Shown piece after piece: positions 24,486-38,388 of a DNA stretch of 64,000 nt. Under the pieces are notes generated by a model, which made no database searches, had not been told where the DNA came from, and worked only from the letters and a program-made list of their open reading frames with translations. A program made the position numbers and the translations under genes. The stretch spans positions 95,792,001 to 95,856,000 of the forward strand of contig NC_058368.1 of NCBI RefSeq assembly GCF_018350175.1, in the 5' to 3' direction. The DNA comes from Felis catus. Lineage: Eukaryota. How positions within the stretch are numbered: the stretch's first letter is position 1; the number at the start of each line of letters is the position of its first letter.

Positions 24486-25940
24486 AAAGGATCATTGAAT
24501 GGGGTTGGCCAATAAGATTTTTGTAATTTGTAGGAATATTTAGGATTGAACATGTCTGGATATATATATGCATTATAATTTATTTTTCTGGTTTTTTTTA
24601 ATTAGGTCAATATTTAAAGTCTTTGTACTATAATAAATTCTTATAAAGTCCTTCCATATAACTGCTTTTCTAGAAGAGGAACCTGAGATTAGGAGAGATT
24701 ATTCAACTTCCTCAATTTCTGGCTGGACCAGAGTTTGAACTGTATGGCAGAGACTTTGATTTTTTTCATAAACTCTGTGCTTATTTTCACAAGCTTTAGA
24801 TGGGTAGGTTAGGGGGAGCAAATGATACAGAAAAAGGAGCTCTGATTTCGTATTCTACTCTTAAATTTTACCTCAGAACATTCTAGAATCTGGGGCATCA
24901 GAGCACTTTGACTAGGGTCCAGTCCTCTTTTCCAAGGGCAGATTTTATACACACAGTTATTTTGTTTGTTATTACTGTTAGAGAAAAAATACCTCCTTTA
25001 GGGCAAGCTGCTTTTTGCGCATTACTTAAAAATACAATTAACCTTGATAAGAGTTTTGTTCTCATTTAACAGACTGTCATTTTCTATTTGCCATTCTTAG
25101 CAATGAAAAAGAAATTTTTCTTCAGAATACATTCCCATTTTCCCCCCAAGGCTTAAAAGGAGGGGCACGGAAAAAAAAAAAAAAAAGGAAAGAAATGTAA
25201 GATGAAATACTAGATTCCAGACCCGGGATTGTTTTTTCAACGGTTGGATAAAATTATAGAGGTAGATGTTTATGGTAGAAATTCGGCGTATTTTTACTCC
25301 ACAGAATCACAGTGCTCTAATTCTATTCATTCATTTCCCCCAAAACTAATTATTAGGGTGAAACCCCAAAGGAAGATTATTCAGGAAAGGGAAAAAAGAA
25401 AGAATCCATTGATTTCTCCATCATTGTAGGTGAACAATGCATAATAATGAATATAGAAGGGCCATTTGTATACCGCAGAGAAAGAAAATCCTAAATTGAG
25501 AAGGTCTCAAGGCAAAAACCAAGAGCACTTAATGAAATAAGAGCTGCTTATTCAAAACCTTGTTGCTTTATATATCTCTTACTCTGTAAAGGTGTGAGCT
25601 TGGGACGGGTGATAATGGCTTTTGCTAAATAAATGTGTGATAGAACAAACAGTGACTATTTCATTTTGTTCTGAGCAGATCCCCTATAAAGAAAATGATG
25701 GCTGTTAAAAGTGCCTCCTGCAACTTCTGGAGTTGGGAATGACTCCTAATGCATCAATTAGATGCCTTTTCTTCCACTGCCTTTGTACTAAATAGTATCG
25801 AACAATTAACTCTCATCAAGCCATAGCTGAAATACCTCTGCATAATGAATGGCACTTACAGAAGTCAACTTTATTTCTGAAAGTGCTTTATTTTTATTTT
25901 ATTTTTTATTTCTACTATTCCAAGGCAGATGTTTCTTTTA

Positions 25941-25944
<4 letters not shown>

Positions 25945-25986
<42 letters not shown>

Positions 25987-25993
25987 TATTTGA

Positions 25994-26034
<41 letters not shown>

Positions 26035-26045
26035 GATGCATATAT
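25945..26045. repeat. (TA)n/(CA)n compound microsatellite
   Basis: Seen directly; ttgatgcatatat occurs twice. Confidence 0.93.
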
Positions 26046-26123
26046 GACTAAAGAGAAGTAAAGGTCTATTTCAGAAAAATTGTTTCTTCATGTGTTAGTT
26101 GGCTTTTTAAAACTGCTAGTAGT

Positions 26124-26294
26124 AGGGATGCCTGGGTGGCTCAATGGGTTTAGCGTCTGACTCTTGGTTCTGCTCAGGTCATGATCTCACAGTTCGTGAG
26201 TTCAAGCCCCACATTGGGCTCCATGCTAGTTCTGTGGAGTCTGCTTGAAATTGTCTCTCCCTCTCTCTCTTACCCTTACCTGGTCACTCTCTGT

Positions 26295-26344
<50 letters not shown>

Positions 26345-26360
26345 ATAAATAAACTTGAAA
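26124..26360 (+). mobile_element. Can-SINE with long (CT)n
   Basis: gggatgcctgggtggctca head; TSD aaactgcta(g/a)tagt. Confidence 0.93.
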
Positions 26361-29300
26361 CTGCTAATAGTCAATGTCTTTAGTCTTGGAAACTTCATTA
26401 GAAAACCTGGAAATTACTTACCTATCTCTATGACAGTACTTGCAAACATGAACTTGAATTTAGGATGGAACAAAATTCTAAATATGAAAGAAATTTAAAA
26501 TTGTGTAGCATTTCTGAAGGTATTACTTCTAAATGTAGGCTTATATTTTATTGAAACACTTTATAGTGAAATACTTTATGTGAAACATAAATATTTTTAG
26601 ATGATAAAACTAATTCATTTGAACATCATGTAATCTTTTATTATCAACAATGAGAGGCGACTATATATAAGACACTGGATGAAATAAACTGACTTGATTC
26701 AGTATGTATTCCTCTTCCCCAAATGCTTTTAGCCATGTATGACAGAGACAAAAAATAATAATAAGGTTCATGTCACTGAAAAAGTCACTGTGGTTATTCA
26801 AAGAAAGTAGAGATCATTTAAATTGGAAACTCAGATGCCAGGATAAAAGGATACAATTAGGAAATAATAATTGTACTTTCTGTGAAACCATTTCAAAAAT
26901 AGTTTTCCTAAATTTTCTTTTCTTTCCACTTTTCTTTCCATGATTACTCATTATGAAGTCATCAAAGTAGAGTTTTATGGGTCAGTTTCCAACTCGATAC
27001 AGCCTTTAATAAGATGCAAATACTGGTTATTTTTTTTTTCTTTTTTGCGTTATCTTTCAATGAAAAAACATTCTTTCATTCAGATAACTTGGCTTAGGAT
27101 ACTTTGTTTTGCTTCACCAGTATATCTAAGTGGTCGTGATTGAGAGAATTCACCATAACCATAAGTATTATTGACAAATGATAGCTTTTGGGTGGGTTGG
27201 GAGAGTAACAAACTCATATCATCTGTTCTGGAGATGTTCTGTGAATTCCTATAAGTTTAAAATACATCTTTTGCTTACTGCTTCCCTCCTCCCCCCGTTT
27301 GCCTTCTCTTTCTTTTCTCTTAAAATGAAATCCGGTACAAAATTTCTGCACTTTAAATACTGGAAGCCACAACATAAAATTTCATTAAGGATGTCAAATG
27401 CTTCTTCATTTTGAATTCAGAGACACTGCCAAATGCAATCTCTAGCTCCATGCAAAGTACTTCCAAGTGTGACTCCCTAATCCATTTTGGGGGAGGGTTT
27501 AATCAACTATAGTGTTTGTAGTAAGTGGATAATTTTTTTTTTTGTCCACAGGTAATTCACCAAAGCAGATATTCACCACCTGAGTATCACTATTGACAGT
27601 TTTATCATGACAACTAATTATTCAGGATGTTCTGTATATTTGGCTCATTATGGGGTAAACATGGAGACCAGGCAAAATAAAGTACATGCAGAAAGCATGT
27701 CTTCTACTATAAGGGTATGTGGCCGTATCCTGATTCAAGATTCTGAGGATGTGGGCTCAACTGTGCCAACAACAAGATGTGAAAATGATGATTTAAAAAA
27801 AAGAAAATGATGATTTACATGGTAGAGTGTACAGATTATCACAAAAAGAAATCAAAAGATTTGAACTAAGGAATATTATGCTAATATGCATACAGTTTCA
27901 TTCTGGAAAACAATTAGCTTCCATAAGCTTTATTTTCACCAGGTCACTTGATAGTAAGAAATCTTGGATAGCCTTCCATTGCCTTCCTTGTTAATCCCAA
28001 ATAGTGATGTGATCTCCTTGTGTTTCTTTCTTTTCATGCACTGGAGGAAGTTTTGCTGTGAGAAAATTCACTGGTTAAATTGCCAATGACATTCGGCTAT
28101 TTCTTCTCCATACAAATTTGTCTCCTAGGATATCACTTTGCTTTCTTTCCTCTGATTATGTCCTGCTTTTTATGAGATGTCTGAGTAACATTTATCTTGC
28201 CCCAAACCTGTCCATACCCATCACCCTCTCTTCCAGGGTTCCTGTAGCGCAAAGGGACAGAAATCTGGGTTTGTGATTTCATTTGTGTTTTTCATTCAGG
28301 TTTCAACTCCAAGATCATCTCTTTGACCTTTATTATAATTTACCAGGGCACCTGTAACGTAGAAATGTGGAAATGGTGGATTATCATTAATATTGTCTGA
28401 TGGCCTAAGTGAAGGATGAGTTCACTCCCACCCCTCTGTTTTTTAAAGACTTTCCATACCTATGACATTTTGTGGGACCACTTCTGGCCACAGAGCCATA
28501 GAAGATGTTTTGAACAAGATGGTTATTTGGGATTGACTTTTCTCCGTAATAATTCATTTTGTAATCATGATCTCTTACACAGGTCCTTCCCTTTCTCTTG
28601 GGTGACAAGGGTCAGAGGGCTCACATTCTCACACACTGAGCATGCTGTCTTTGCAAGTCTCCCATCGCTGACTGGAATAGTAAGTGAGGCTCTCATGCAG
28701 GCTCTGTGCTGTCTCACTCATTGAAAATGGAGGCTCAAGATGCCATATTAGTTTAGTTACCTCTCTATATATGTTCCTAGGTCTGAGGCTGGTTGTAATG
28801 GAGAGAGAACACTTGTGTTTTTATCCAGATGGTTACTGTGAGTGTCTGATTATCAGCTAAAACTCCTTGTCCACATTTCAACAGAGAATAGTTGCTCCCA
28901 GTAGACCAAGAGCTCCTTTCAGGCAACTGCAATTCAATTGACTTCCCAGCTAGAGCCCCAGTGGGAACTGCCCAACAGTATCTGAGGGCAGGGTTTGGAC
29001 ACTTGTGAGTTACAGCCTTGTCAATTTCAGCCTTCCCATTTGTTGCTCTTAGTTCTCAAGTGGCAGGTATTGCCTGTGTCCTACTGACCGCACTGTCTTG
29101 TGGACACAAGATAAATGGTTCCAGGTTTTCTGTTAGCCAAGCAAAGGCATTTTTAAAGTTCATTTCTTTTCTGCCCATATTGAGTATCACAGAACTGTAT
29201 TGACAAAATCAATAAACTGACCAGCTACAGGTCTTCAGTGGTACATGAAAAAAAATATTTTGGTACCTATTGATGCTTTGTTTCCTTTTTTCCAACATCC

Positions 29301-29604
29301 CCCTGCATGCCGGCCACTCAACATCCCTCACTGCTCAAGTGCTTAGACGCACCTCCGCTGAAACATTTTTGATTAGCTACAGAACACTTTTTGCCATCAT
29401 TGAGAATATATCATGATACAGTTATATAAAACTATGAACTTCTTTTAACTACCAAGCAGGAAACAAAGATTACATGTAACCTCTTCTAAGCTGAATATTG
29501 TCCTAAATTCTTAATGTATTGATATTCAAGGTTACTGCAAAGATTAGGCTTTTGAGTTAGAACTCTCTACTCAGGGAAATGGTACTTCAAAAACACCAGG
29601 TTAT

Positions 29605-29828
29605 GGGGCACCTCGGTAGCTCAGTCAGCTAAACATCCAACTCTTGATTTCGGTTCAGACCATGATCTCCCGGTTTGTGAGTTCGAGCCCCACCCACATC
29701 AGGCTTTGTGCTGACGGTGCTGAGCCTGCCTAGGATTCTCTCTCTCCCTCTCTCTCTGTTCCCACCCGCCCCTTGTTCTTACTCCCTGTCTCTGTCAAAA
29801 ATAAAATCAATGAACTTAAAAAAAAAAT
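29605..29828 (+). mobile_element. Can-SINE
   Basis: ggggcacctcggtagctcag head, CT tract, A tail. Confidence 0.92.
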
Positions 29829-30285
29829 ACCTGTTATCTCAGAGCCTTTATAATCAAATATGAAGAAATTAATCCATGTCAAATGGCATGCATTCTTCTG
29901 TTCCCTGGGAAGTTTTGATCTTCATCCTGAAAACCCTTTGGGACGCCGCATTGGCATTTGACAAGAAACTTTCTCCAGTATACTCTTACAGACTTGCTCC
30001 ATATTGGTGATAGTGCCTCAGCACTTGATTTACAAGATAGGCAAAGGGCTAAAGCCTTGGGATGGGATGTTCTACTAGGTTGTGTCTCAACAGCTGGGAG
30101 TAAAGGAATGGCTGTATTTTCTTCCTCTCACAGTAAATCATAAAGGGTTTGTGCTACGCTTCTCTGTGTAGAAAAGCCAAAGGGCAACTTTTCTCAGCAT
30201 TATGTCTGTGTCCTTCTGTACAGAACAAATGCTTATTACTCATTTCTATCTCATCTCATCCCTGGAGATTGTCAGGATAGGAGCC

Positions 30286-30848
30286 TGTGTTAGTCTGCTA
30301 GGGCTCCCATGACAAAGTACCGGAAACTGAGTGAGGTAAGCAACAAAAAAGTATTTCTCACAATCTCCAAGGGTAGAGGCTGAGATCAAGGCATTGGCAG
30401 GGTTGATTTCTCTGAAGATTCTCTCCTTGGCTTGTAAATGATCATTTTTCCTCCCTGTGTCTTCACATGGGCTTTGCCCTGTGTGTGTGTCCATATCTCT
30501 TCTTATAAGGACAGCGACCGTATCAGATGAAGGCCCACTCTAAGAAACTCATTTCAGTTTAATTATCCCTTTAAAAAACACTCTCTCCAAGTGACTGCCT
30601 GGGTGGCTCAGTCAGTTAAGCATCCGAATTTGGCTCAGGTCATGATCTCACCATTCGTAGGTTCAAGCCCCACACGGAGCTCTGTGCTGACAGCTCAGAG
30701 CCTGGAACTTGCTTCAGATTCTGTGTCTCCCTCTCTGCCCCTCCTCCTCCCTCCCTCTTTCTCTTTCTCTCTTTCTCTCAAAGGTAAATAAACATTAAAA
30801 AATTAAAAAAAAAAAAAAACACTCTCTCCAAGTACAGTCACTTTCTGT
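30286..30848 (-). mobile_element. MLT1B/C-like MaLR LTR interrupted by a SINE
   Basis: tgtgttagtctgctagggctcccatgacaaagtacc..tatttctcaca..gagatcaagg..ctctccttggcttgta..tcttcttataaggaca..ctctctccaa..cagtcactttctg. Confidence 0.85.
30593..30813 (+). mobile_element. SINEC_Fc-type SINE (in MLT1)
   Basis: Full body; TSD aaaaaacactctctccaagt. Confidence 0.94.
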
Positions 30849-31460
30849 CACATTATGCCAAACTGAGGCAGTGTGTAAATCTCCATAGTGAACAAAAGGG
30901 AATGAATTGTTTGCTTGGTATGGAATAGAAATTTGTATTTGGTTTAAGTTTGCTTAATTTAGAAAAAAAAATGGTGATTTTTTTCCCTTAAGATGAAAGT
31001 ATTTGTGTTCTGGAATGAGTATTTTAGATAATGTTTGGAGTTCCAATCCAAGTTTGACTTTTGTTTTTTCTTTTCTATTCCTTTCTTTTCTTTTCCTTTT
31101 TGATGCACATTAGTTATGACCCAGTTAAAAACTGCCACAGTATACATTTGCATAGCTGATAGAGGCAAAAACCCTGTGTGGATTTTTTCCCCCTGAATTG
31201 CTTTTTTTTTTTAAGCTTATAATTAAGCATGCCATTCCTTTATTTTTCTGCTTTGTGTCCAATTTTAGTTTTCTTTCAAGGGACACAAAATGCCAAATGG
31301 AATCTTAAAAATATTCAATCACTTGCAAAAATAGTTAATTGCCCGTGGCCCACTGACCCAAATTAAAATAATAAGGAATTAGTAAAGACCAGATATTTTT
31401 ATAAGGAATTATAATTTCTCTAAAACCTGCATAAGACTAGCTATGTGACCCAATATAAAG

Positions 31461-31464
<4 letters not shown>

Positions 31465-31502
<38 letters not shown>
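31465..31502. repeat. (CA)n microsatellite
   Basis: Seen directly. Confidence 0.97.
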
Positions 31503-31504
<2 letters not shown>

Positions 31505-32742
31505 CAAAATAGCCTAGATAAGTAACATGATTGTGGGAAAGTGGAAGCATTGAGCCCTCCCAATGAAAAAAACCTTCTATTAATTAATTAATTAAGACCC
31601 AGGAACAATGTGGGATGTTACAGCTTTATGTGTTGCTCTCTTATGTGTTGTGAAGAAAGGAAAAAAAAAAAAAAACAAAAAACTAAGCTCCTATAGTTGA
31701 CTGTATTCTCTCTGCTACTACATTTGTCTGATCAGCTCAATTACTATATTTGCTCTTTTAAGGTTTGTCTTCTATCACTTTTAAGGCATTTTATAGATCT
31801 TTAAAAGTTACAACAAAGTGGGAAAAAATCATTTAATTGGTTGATAGATTGCTTCCTCCAATTTTTACAGCTTTTTAGCACTCAAGAAAAGTGATATGAT
31901 AGAGAAGGATTACTTGTTATTATATATAAAAAAAAGATATTTGATATTTTGTTGTAAATTGCTTCCTGACTATTTTTCATAGCCAGTTCATTATCGGTAC
32001 TGTGAACTACTGAGGTGGCATTGCAGATTTTTGCTAAGTGCCCCTTATCTTCCTTTGTTCTTACCTAAAGTCGCTGTACATATTCTGTGCCCTTTGCTAT
32101 GATATATGTGCCCATGTTTTTCCCCGGAGTATAATTGGTTGGAGTGAGGGAATGTGCTAATAGGGAATGTATTGTAGTGTTTTCCATTTGAAGAAATTCA
32201 GCAATTTCTCAGACACTCACCTGACTTCATTACAGAACCATAATTCAAAATTATTACATTAAGAGCACAACTAATTAGACTATAAAGCTGTCTTTTCTTG
32301 TCTTTGTGTTTTTGAAGAGGTTCAGTAAGAATGATGCAGCCTAGGCAGAATCATGTGTTCCAGTGGTCTTCCCTTGTGTATACATGCCTGTGATTTGGGG
32401 TGACACATGGAAAAGTCAAAAAAACATAAATCAGTTATTAAAGAGGTTTGAATTTTCAGAGGATGGAGTAGTTGAGACCTCATTTTTTAAAAATCCTTCT
32501 TTCCTTTTTTAAATTTGCTTTTTTCTTTCTTACTGACGTACAATTAACGTAAAGTATTACATTAGTTTTAGGCATACAGTATAACAGTTCAACAATTCTT
32601 TATATCACTCACTGTTCATCATGTTAAGTGTACTCTTAATCCCCTTTATCTCACCCATCTGCCTACGTCTCCTCTAGGAACCACCAGTTTGTTCTCTGTG
32701 TTTAACAGTCTTTGTTAGTTTCTCTCTCTTTTTTTTCTCTCT

Positions 32743-32955
32743 CTTTTTTAAAATTAATTTATTTTGAGAGAGAGAGAGAGTCAGTGTATGAGCAGGGGAA
32801 GAGCAGAGAAAGGGGAAGAGAGAAAGAAGTCCAAGCAGGCTCTGCATTGCCAGTGCAGACTCCAACAGGGGGCTCGATCCCACAAACTGTGAGATCATGA
32901 CCTGAGCTGAAGTCGAGAGTAGGACACTTAACTGACTGAGCCACTCAGCTGCCCC
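32743..32955 (-). mobile_element. Can-SINE nested in L1
   Basis: Full body ending gagccactcagctgcccc. Confidence 0.92.
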
Positions 32956-33107
32956 TTTGTTTTGTTTCTTAAGTTCCATGGATGAGTCAAGTCATAGGGT
33001 ATCTGTCTTTATCTGACTGACTTATTTCACCTTAGCACAATACTCTTTAGCTCCATCCATATTGTTGCAAGTGGCATGATCTCTTTCTTTTTCAAGGCTG
33101 AGCAGGA

Positions 33108-33111
<4 letters not shown>

Positions 33112-33141
<30 letters not shown>
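33112..33141. repeat. (GT)n microsatellite
   Basis: Seen directly, inside L1. Confidence 0.95.
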
Positions 33142-33143
<2 letters not shown>

Positions 33144-33924
33144 CGCATCTTATCTATTTGTTTGTGGATCGATACTTGGGTTGTTTCCATATCTTAGTTA
33201 TTGTAAGTAACCCTGCAATAAACATGTGTGTTTATCTTTTTAAAGATGTGTGTGTATCTTTTTAAATTAGTATTCTCATCTTTGGGTCATAACCCAGTAG
33301 TGGAATTCCTAGATCATAGCGTATTTCTGATTTTTTGAAGAATCTTCATCCTGTTTTCCACAGTGGCCATACCAACTTGCGTTCCCACCAACAGTACATG
33401 AGGGTTTCTTTTTCCTCATATCTTCACTACACTTGCCATCTCTTGTCATTTCGATTTTAGTCATTCTGACAGGTTTAAGGTGAAATCTTATTGTGATTTT
33501 GATTTTCATTTCCCTGGTGTTTAGTGATGCTGAGCATCTTTTCATGGGTCTGTTGGCCATCTGGATGTCTTCTTTGTAAATTGTCTATTCAGGTCCTCTG
33601 CCCATTTTTTTGTTAAATTGGATTGTTTTTGGTGTTGAGTTGTATAAGTTCTTTATATATTTTGGATATTAGCCTTTCCTCAGCTATATCATTTGGAAAT
33701 ATTTCATCCCACTTAGTAGGTTGCCTTTTTGTTTGTTGATGGTTTCTTTCTCTGTGCAAATGCTTTTTTATTTTGATATGGTCCCAGTAGTTTAATTTTG
33801 CTTTTTTTCCCTCCTGCCTCAGGAGACAGATGTAGAAAAATGTTTCTTTGGCCAACATCAAAGAGATTATTACCTATGTTTTTTTCTAGGAGTATTTTCT
33901 TTCTTTACTTTTTAAATTCATTTA

Positions 33925-34145
33925 GGGGCACCTGTGTGACTCACTTAGTTGGATGTCGGGCTTCTGCTCAGGTCATGATCACACAGTCCATGAGTTTGAG
34001 CCCCGTGTCAGGCTCTGTGCTGACAGCTAGGAGCCTGGAGCCTGCTTTGGATTCTGTATCTCCCTCCTCTCTTTCCCCTTTCCCCACTCACTCTCTGTCT
34101 CTGTCTCTGAAAAATGAATAAATGTTGAAAAAAATGAAAAAAAAT
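33925..34145 (+). mobile_element. SINEC_Fc-type SINE
   Basis: ggggcacctgtgtgactca head; flanked by tcattta repeats. Confidence 0.92.
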
Positions 34146-34869
34146 CATTTATCATTCATTCATTAAAATTTATATTGTTTACTGTATTATGCCAGACTAG
34201 AACTCTCAGCAATGTCCTTGGGTATTGCCCAAGTTGCCCAAGACCACAGTTTTGTTCTTGTTTTTTGACAAAATGCAGCTTAAGTTATAGTTGGGAATAG
34301 CACTGAATTGAGGAAGAGTCATTGAAGGTACCAGCCTATGAAACTTATTCCTCGCTCTAAAGATCTTAGACTGTAGTGAAACCTCAGCACTTCTAAAGGG
34401 AAGAAATGCCCAGTGAGAATGATTGGTGCATTTCCAAGAGACCACTGGATAATTTATCATCAGGATAATGGCAAAGGCCAGGAGAGTGGCCTGTGTTTTG
34501 TTCTCTTCTGTTTAGATTCCATCTCCCAAAGATCAGCAACTGAGTTGTCTTCTAATTTAACCTTTGTTGAACTAGAAAGAGAAAATAGTTCTGATGAATT
34601 TACTTGGAGGGAATAGACCATTTTCAAAAAAATGTATTGGGCAAAGGCTGAGTTGGGCAGGCAGTGGTGCGAGAGATTAAATGTGTCATTAGCTTCATTG
34701 TCCAAGAAATAAGAGTCTTTCAACAGAAAGGTGAGTTTTCATAGATTTAGGGCTGGGGAAATGAATTTTGCTTTCTGAAGAATTTGTGTTACCAGCAGTC
34801 CTGGAGAGGGAATGATAATAATAGATAACACTGACAAATATGCTAATTCCATCTTGATAAGCATCTCTT

Positions 34870-35000
34870 TCCCCTAGCAAATTGCTTCTTATTAGTCCCA
34901 TTTTATAGATCAAGAAAATGAACCTTTTAGAGGGTAAGCAGTGCATCAGGCCATAGGGTGGAGTCGAACTGCACCCTCCCCCCTCTGACTATGGAGCCCA
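34870..35000 (-). mobile_element. MIR fragment
   Basis: ttattagtcccattttatagatcaagaaaatga..agagggtaag MIR core. Confidence 0.55.
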
Positions 35001-36296
35001 ACGTTGTAACATCTACTCTGAGGGAAAATATACACCACGTCCTTGAGCAGGTGAGCCACTCTTCGATGCAGTGATAGAGTGGACCCCCTTGCCAAGTATG
35101 ATTGACACATGTGATCATCACCATCTGTCAGTTACACTGGTTCAGGATGTGGAACGTTAGCAAAGAGTGTCCCCCTAGGAGTTTTGAATATGCTTTGACA
35201 GAAAAAAAAAAAGAGAGTGAGCGAGTGAAGGCGGCATCTTTACTGAGAGGACATAGGGATTGGTGAGCTAAACAAACACTTGTGATTCGGATGTCTTAGG
35301 TTTGCAACCTGGATTTTCCTTACACCAAAACCCATGTGGAAACAAGTACATTGCAATCTGTGGGTCTCCAACTCCAGGGAGCACAGATCCCAGGCAGGAC
35401 TGGCTCTATGACTTGAAAGGCCTGTTTCAAAACAAAAAAAAATCTGCAGCCCCTGGTTCCAAAGGCGAGAAAAAAAGGTATCAAGAAGGGTGCTGAAATA
35501 GACATTTGTGTTCTTGAATCTTTCTCGACTGTTCATGATTCTTTTTTTGAATTTGATACTTAATGTTGTCCTAAGTAAAGGAATATGTAAAATTTTAAAT
35601 TACTGGCTTGAATCTTACCGTTCTTTATGTTGTGGAATGCCAGTTTTTGGTGCAAACATATGAGCGTCTAACTTATGTGGAGGATCCCTGAATTACACAA
35701 TTCTGTTTCGTAGATTGTACATGCATATGGATTTTGTCTTCCCAGTGAAATGAAAACTTCACAAAGTAACTCAGATGTTTTTCTGTCACTTCTTGATACA
35801 TTTTACCAACATTCTCTACCTTCAGCTTACTAATGAGTAAGGAAAGAGTGAGAGGAGAACAAACTATGGATGGCTCTGTCTTTTCCTTTCTTTCTAGGTC
35901 ATTTTCAGCATCAGGGATTATGTAATACAGAATAGTAAAGTAACTATGTTGTGGTTTTGTGATCGTTCACGTCTCTTGGAGCACACTGCCTTCTCTCTGA
36001 TTTGAAGCCAGTTCTGGTTTACGACCTCTTGGCCTCTGTCAGCAACCCTGCTTACCGAGTCATAGACCTAACACATTCACCTTGGACTGGTTTTGAGTTT
36101 TGCTTGAATGCCTGTGCCTTATGGGTCTCCCAGAATCCTGTGCTGCTGGGACATCTCGAGCTCTGTACGCGAACAGGGCCGCAAGGAGTGGCTGACGCGA
36201 ATATTAGGTGTGCTTCGTCTATTAGCATGCCCCATTATCCTTACAGAACACAAGTTTAAAGATAAATTTAAGAATTTCAGTAGAGTGGGGCACAGT

Positions 36297-36415
36297 GGGT
36301 CCCCTGGATGGCTCAGTGGGTTGAGCATCCAACTCTTGATTTCAGCTCAGGTGGTGATTCTGGGGTTGTGGGATTGAACCCCCCATTGGACTCCATGCTC
36401 AGCTTGGATCCTCAA

Positions 36416-36447
<32 letters not shown>

Positions 36448-36530
36448 CCTGTCTCTCTCTCTCTCTGCCCCTCTCCCTCACTTTCTTTATCTCTCTTTAA
36501 AACACAAAAATAATAAAAAGAATTAAAAAA
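36297..36530 (+). mobile_element. Can-SINE (older)
   Basis: gggtcccctggatggctcagtgggttgagcatccaactcttgatttcagctcagg; TSD aagaatttcagtagagt / aagaacttcactacagt. Confidence 0.9.
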
Positions 36531-36534
36531 AGAA

Positions 36535-36920
36535 CTTCACTACAGTAGCAGAGCACTTACACAAGAGCAGTTCCCTGTGGGACACCGCCATAGGTCTGCA
36601 CACTCCTAAAGCTGGCTGAACCCAGGTGCTATACTGTGAAATCCACCTTCACATTCTGGTCAAGGGCATGTTTCCCATGGGGTGTGGCCAGAGAGGGATT
36701 GAGCGTGGCAGGACTGCAAAGACAGGCCCATTCATGAGTTACATGGGAGCCTATTGGCAGCTGACTTTGGTCCTGAATGGTCTTACCAGATATTACTTAG
36801 ACTACTCACCACTCTAAGTCTCTTTTACCCAAACTTTTCTCTCCTCTTCTTGACTTAGTCACACATCATGCTCTGTGGCTCTCTCCACCTTCCTGGCCAT
36901 TTTGCTTCATGTAGATTAAC
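36535..36920 (+). mobile_element. LTR16-family ERV-L LTR (5' LTR of the provirus)
   Basis: gattgagcgtggcagg..caggcccattcatgag..gactttgg..cttagac..tctaagtctcttttacccaa resembles LTR16B-like consensus; lies directly upstream of ERV-L internal sequence. Confidence 0.6.
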
Positions 36921-38151
36921 ATAAGTATTACCAAGTGGCCTGAGGAAACAGATAATCGGGTGGGAATGTAGGATGGGCTCACTTACCACCTGGCAGGTGA
37001 AGAGGGTGTCAACCTGCATGTGTGATGGGGCATGGGTAGATGGCATAGTTCAGTTAATAAGGATTTTCCAATAATGACCCAGGAAAATGTCACAGTGGAG
37101 GCGAATGCTGCGGCAGGTATAATAACACATTTGAGTAATCAAGTTTACAGAAATCTGTTTCCCCATAAAGCAATAAACACCCCCCACCCCCCCGCGCCTC
37201 AGGAACTGCCTCCACCTTCTCTCCTGGTTCTGATGATGATATTTAAGGTTACATTGAAACAAAACCTTGCTGGGGATCGGCTGAGCTTTATAAGGGAGGA
37301 AGGAGTCTTTATATACCTAAAAAATCGCAAGGAGTAGTTGGCACATGCCTGCTGGCACCTGGAGAATACAACCGGGGTTAGGTTTTGAATATGGTTGATC
37401 AAGGGGCAGGGATGTAATTCTGCATGAACAAGAACTTTTAGTTTGGGACCACTGTCCTGGGACTCTGGATTTAATGTCCCAGCAAGAATCCCGGGGGAGG
37501 GGGCAAACAGAACAGTGGATTGGCTCTTAGCAGCCTGGAATCAGCAGTGTCTCACTGCTGATGAAGTGGAAATAACTGAGTTGCCCTAGAAAAGGAAGGA
37601 ATAAGAAGAAAAGTGGGCACACTGGAATGGTTATAGTATGTAAGGCCAGAGTATCATGATGTTCCTTCTATAACGGGACCCAGAGAACACAAGATTCACC
37701 AAGGCTGCTAGAAATGTGTTGTGTGAAGGGTACGGCCATCCCTAAGAAGTTGGATGGGTCTGTGGGAATGCCCTGTTTGTTAAGGCTGATAGTAAAAGAT
37801 GTAGTCACAGAAGTAGGCTTATTATTATTCATGGATTGATGTGGCCTTGAAGTAAGAATGGCCAGGCAGCAGTGTTTAACTTCTTGAAGTGATGAGTCCA
37901 CAATTAATATAGGACTGTAAGAATAGGAGGGCAGGTCAAGGGAACGTGACCAGTCAGGTATTGTCAAATGGTTAATAGATAATAATATCTTAAAGAGCAT
38001 GGTGTCTGAAGTTCTGCTTAAGCGATACAATGTTAAAAGGAGGCGTGAATTGAGGAGCAAAAGTTGGAGAGTGGTCACCTCAATCAAAAGTCAGAATCCA
38101 TTGCTTAAGTTATTAGATGTGAAACAGTATGTACCCTGAGAACTCTTACAT

Positions 38152-38173
38152 ATTTTTTCATGTTTATTTAATT

Positions 38174-38213
<40 letters not shown>

Positions 38214-38388
38214 CGCGCGCACAAGTGGGGGAGGGGCAGAGAGAGAGAGGAAAAGAGAGAATCCCAAGCAGGCTACGTGCAGTCAGGGTAGAGCCCGACG
38301 CAGGGCCTGAACTCACGAGGTGTGACGTCCTAACCTGAGCCTAAATCACCAGTTGAATACTCAACTGACTGTGCCACCCAGGAGCCTC
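38152..38388 (-). mobile_element. Can-SINE nested in ERV-L
   Basis: Full body with (GA)n; TSD tacc(c/t)tgagaa(c/g)tctt. Confidence 0.93.

Larger units (their letters stand above)
32520..33895 (-). mobile_element. L1 (carnivore-type) 3' end with ORF2 C-terminal remnant
   Basis: Minus ORFs MANRPMKRCSASLNTREMKIKITIRFHLKPVRM and KAKLNYWDHIKIK..TKRQPTKWDEIF..LISKIYKELIQLN are L1 ORF2 C-terminal motifs; 3' UTR at left. Confidence 0.93.

Noticed and set aside
27530..27700. Strong-looking acceptor ttttttgtccacag at 27551 (similar cases near 28300 and 35897)
   Set aside because: Stops follow in the frames I read and I found no convincing paired donor; isolated splice-like signals are common.
37668..38087. 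139-aa minus-strand ORF (also 38678-39043 and 41901-42323)
   Set aside because: Antisense to decayed ERV-L gag/pol, with no independent sign of coding.
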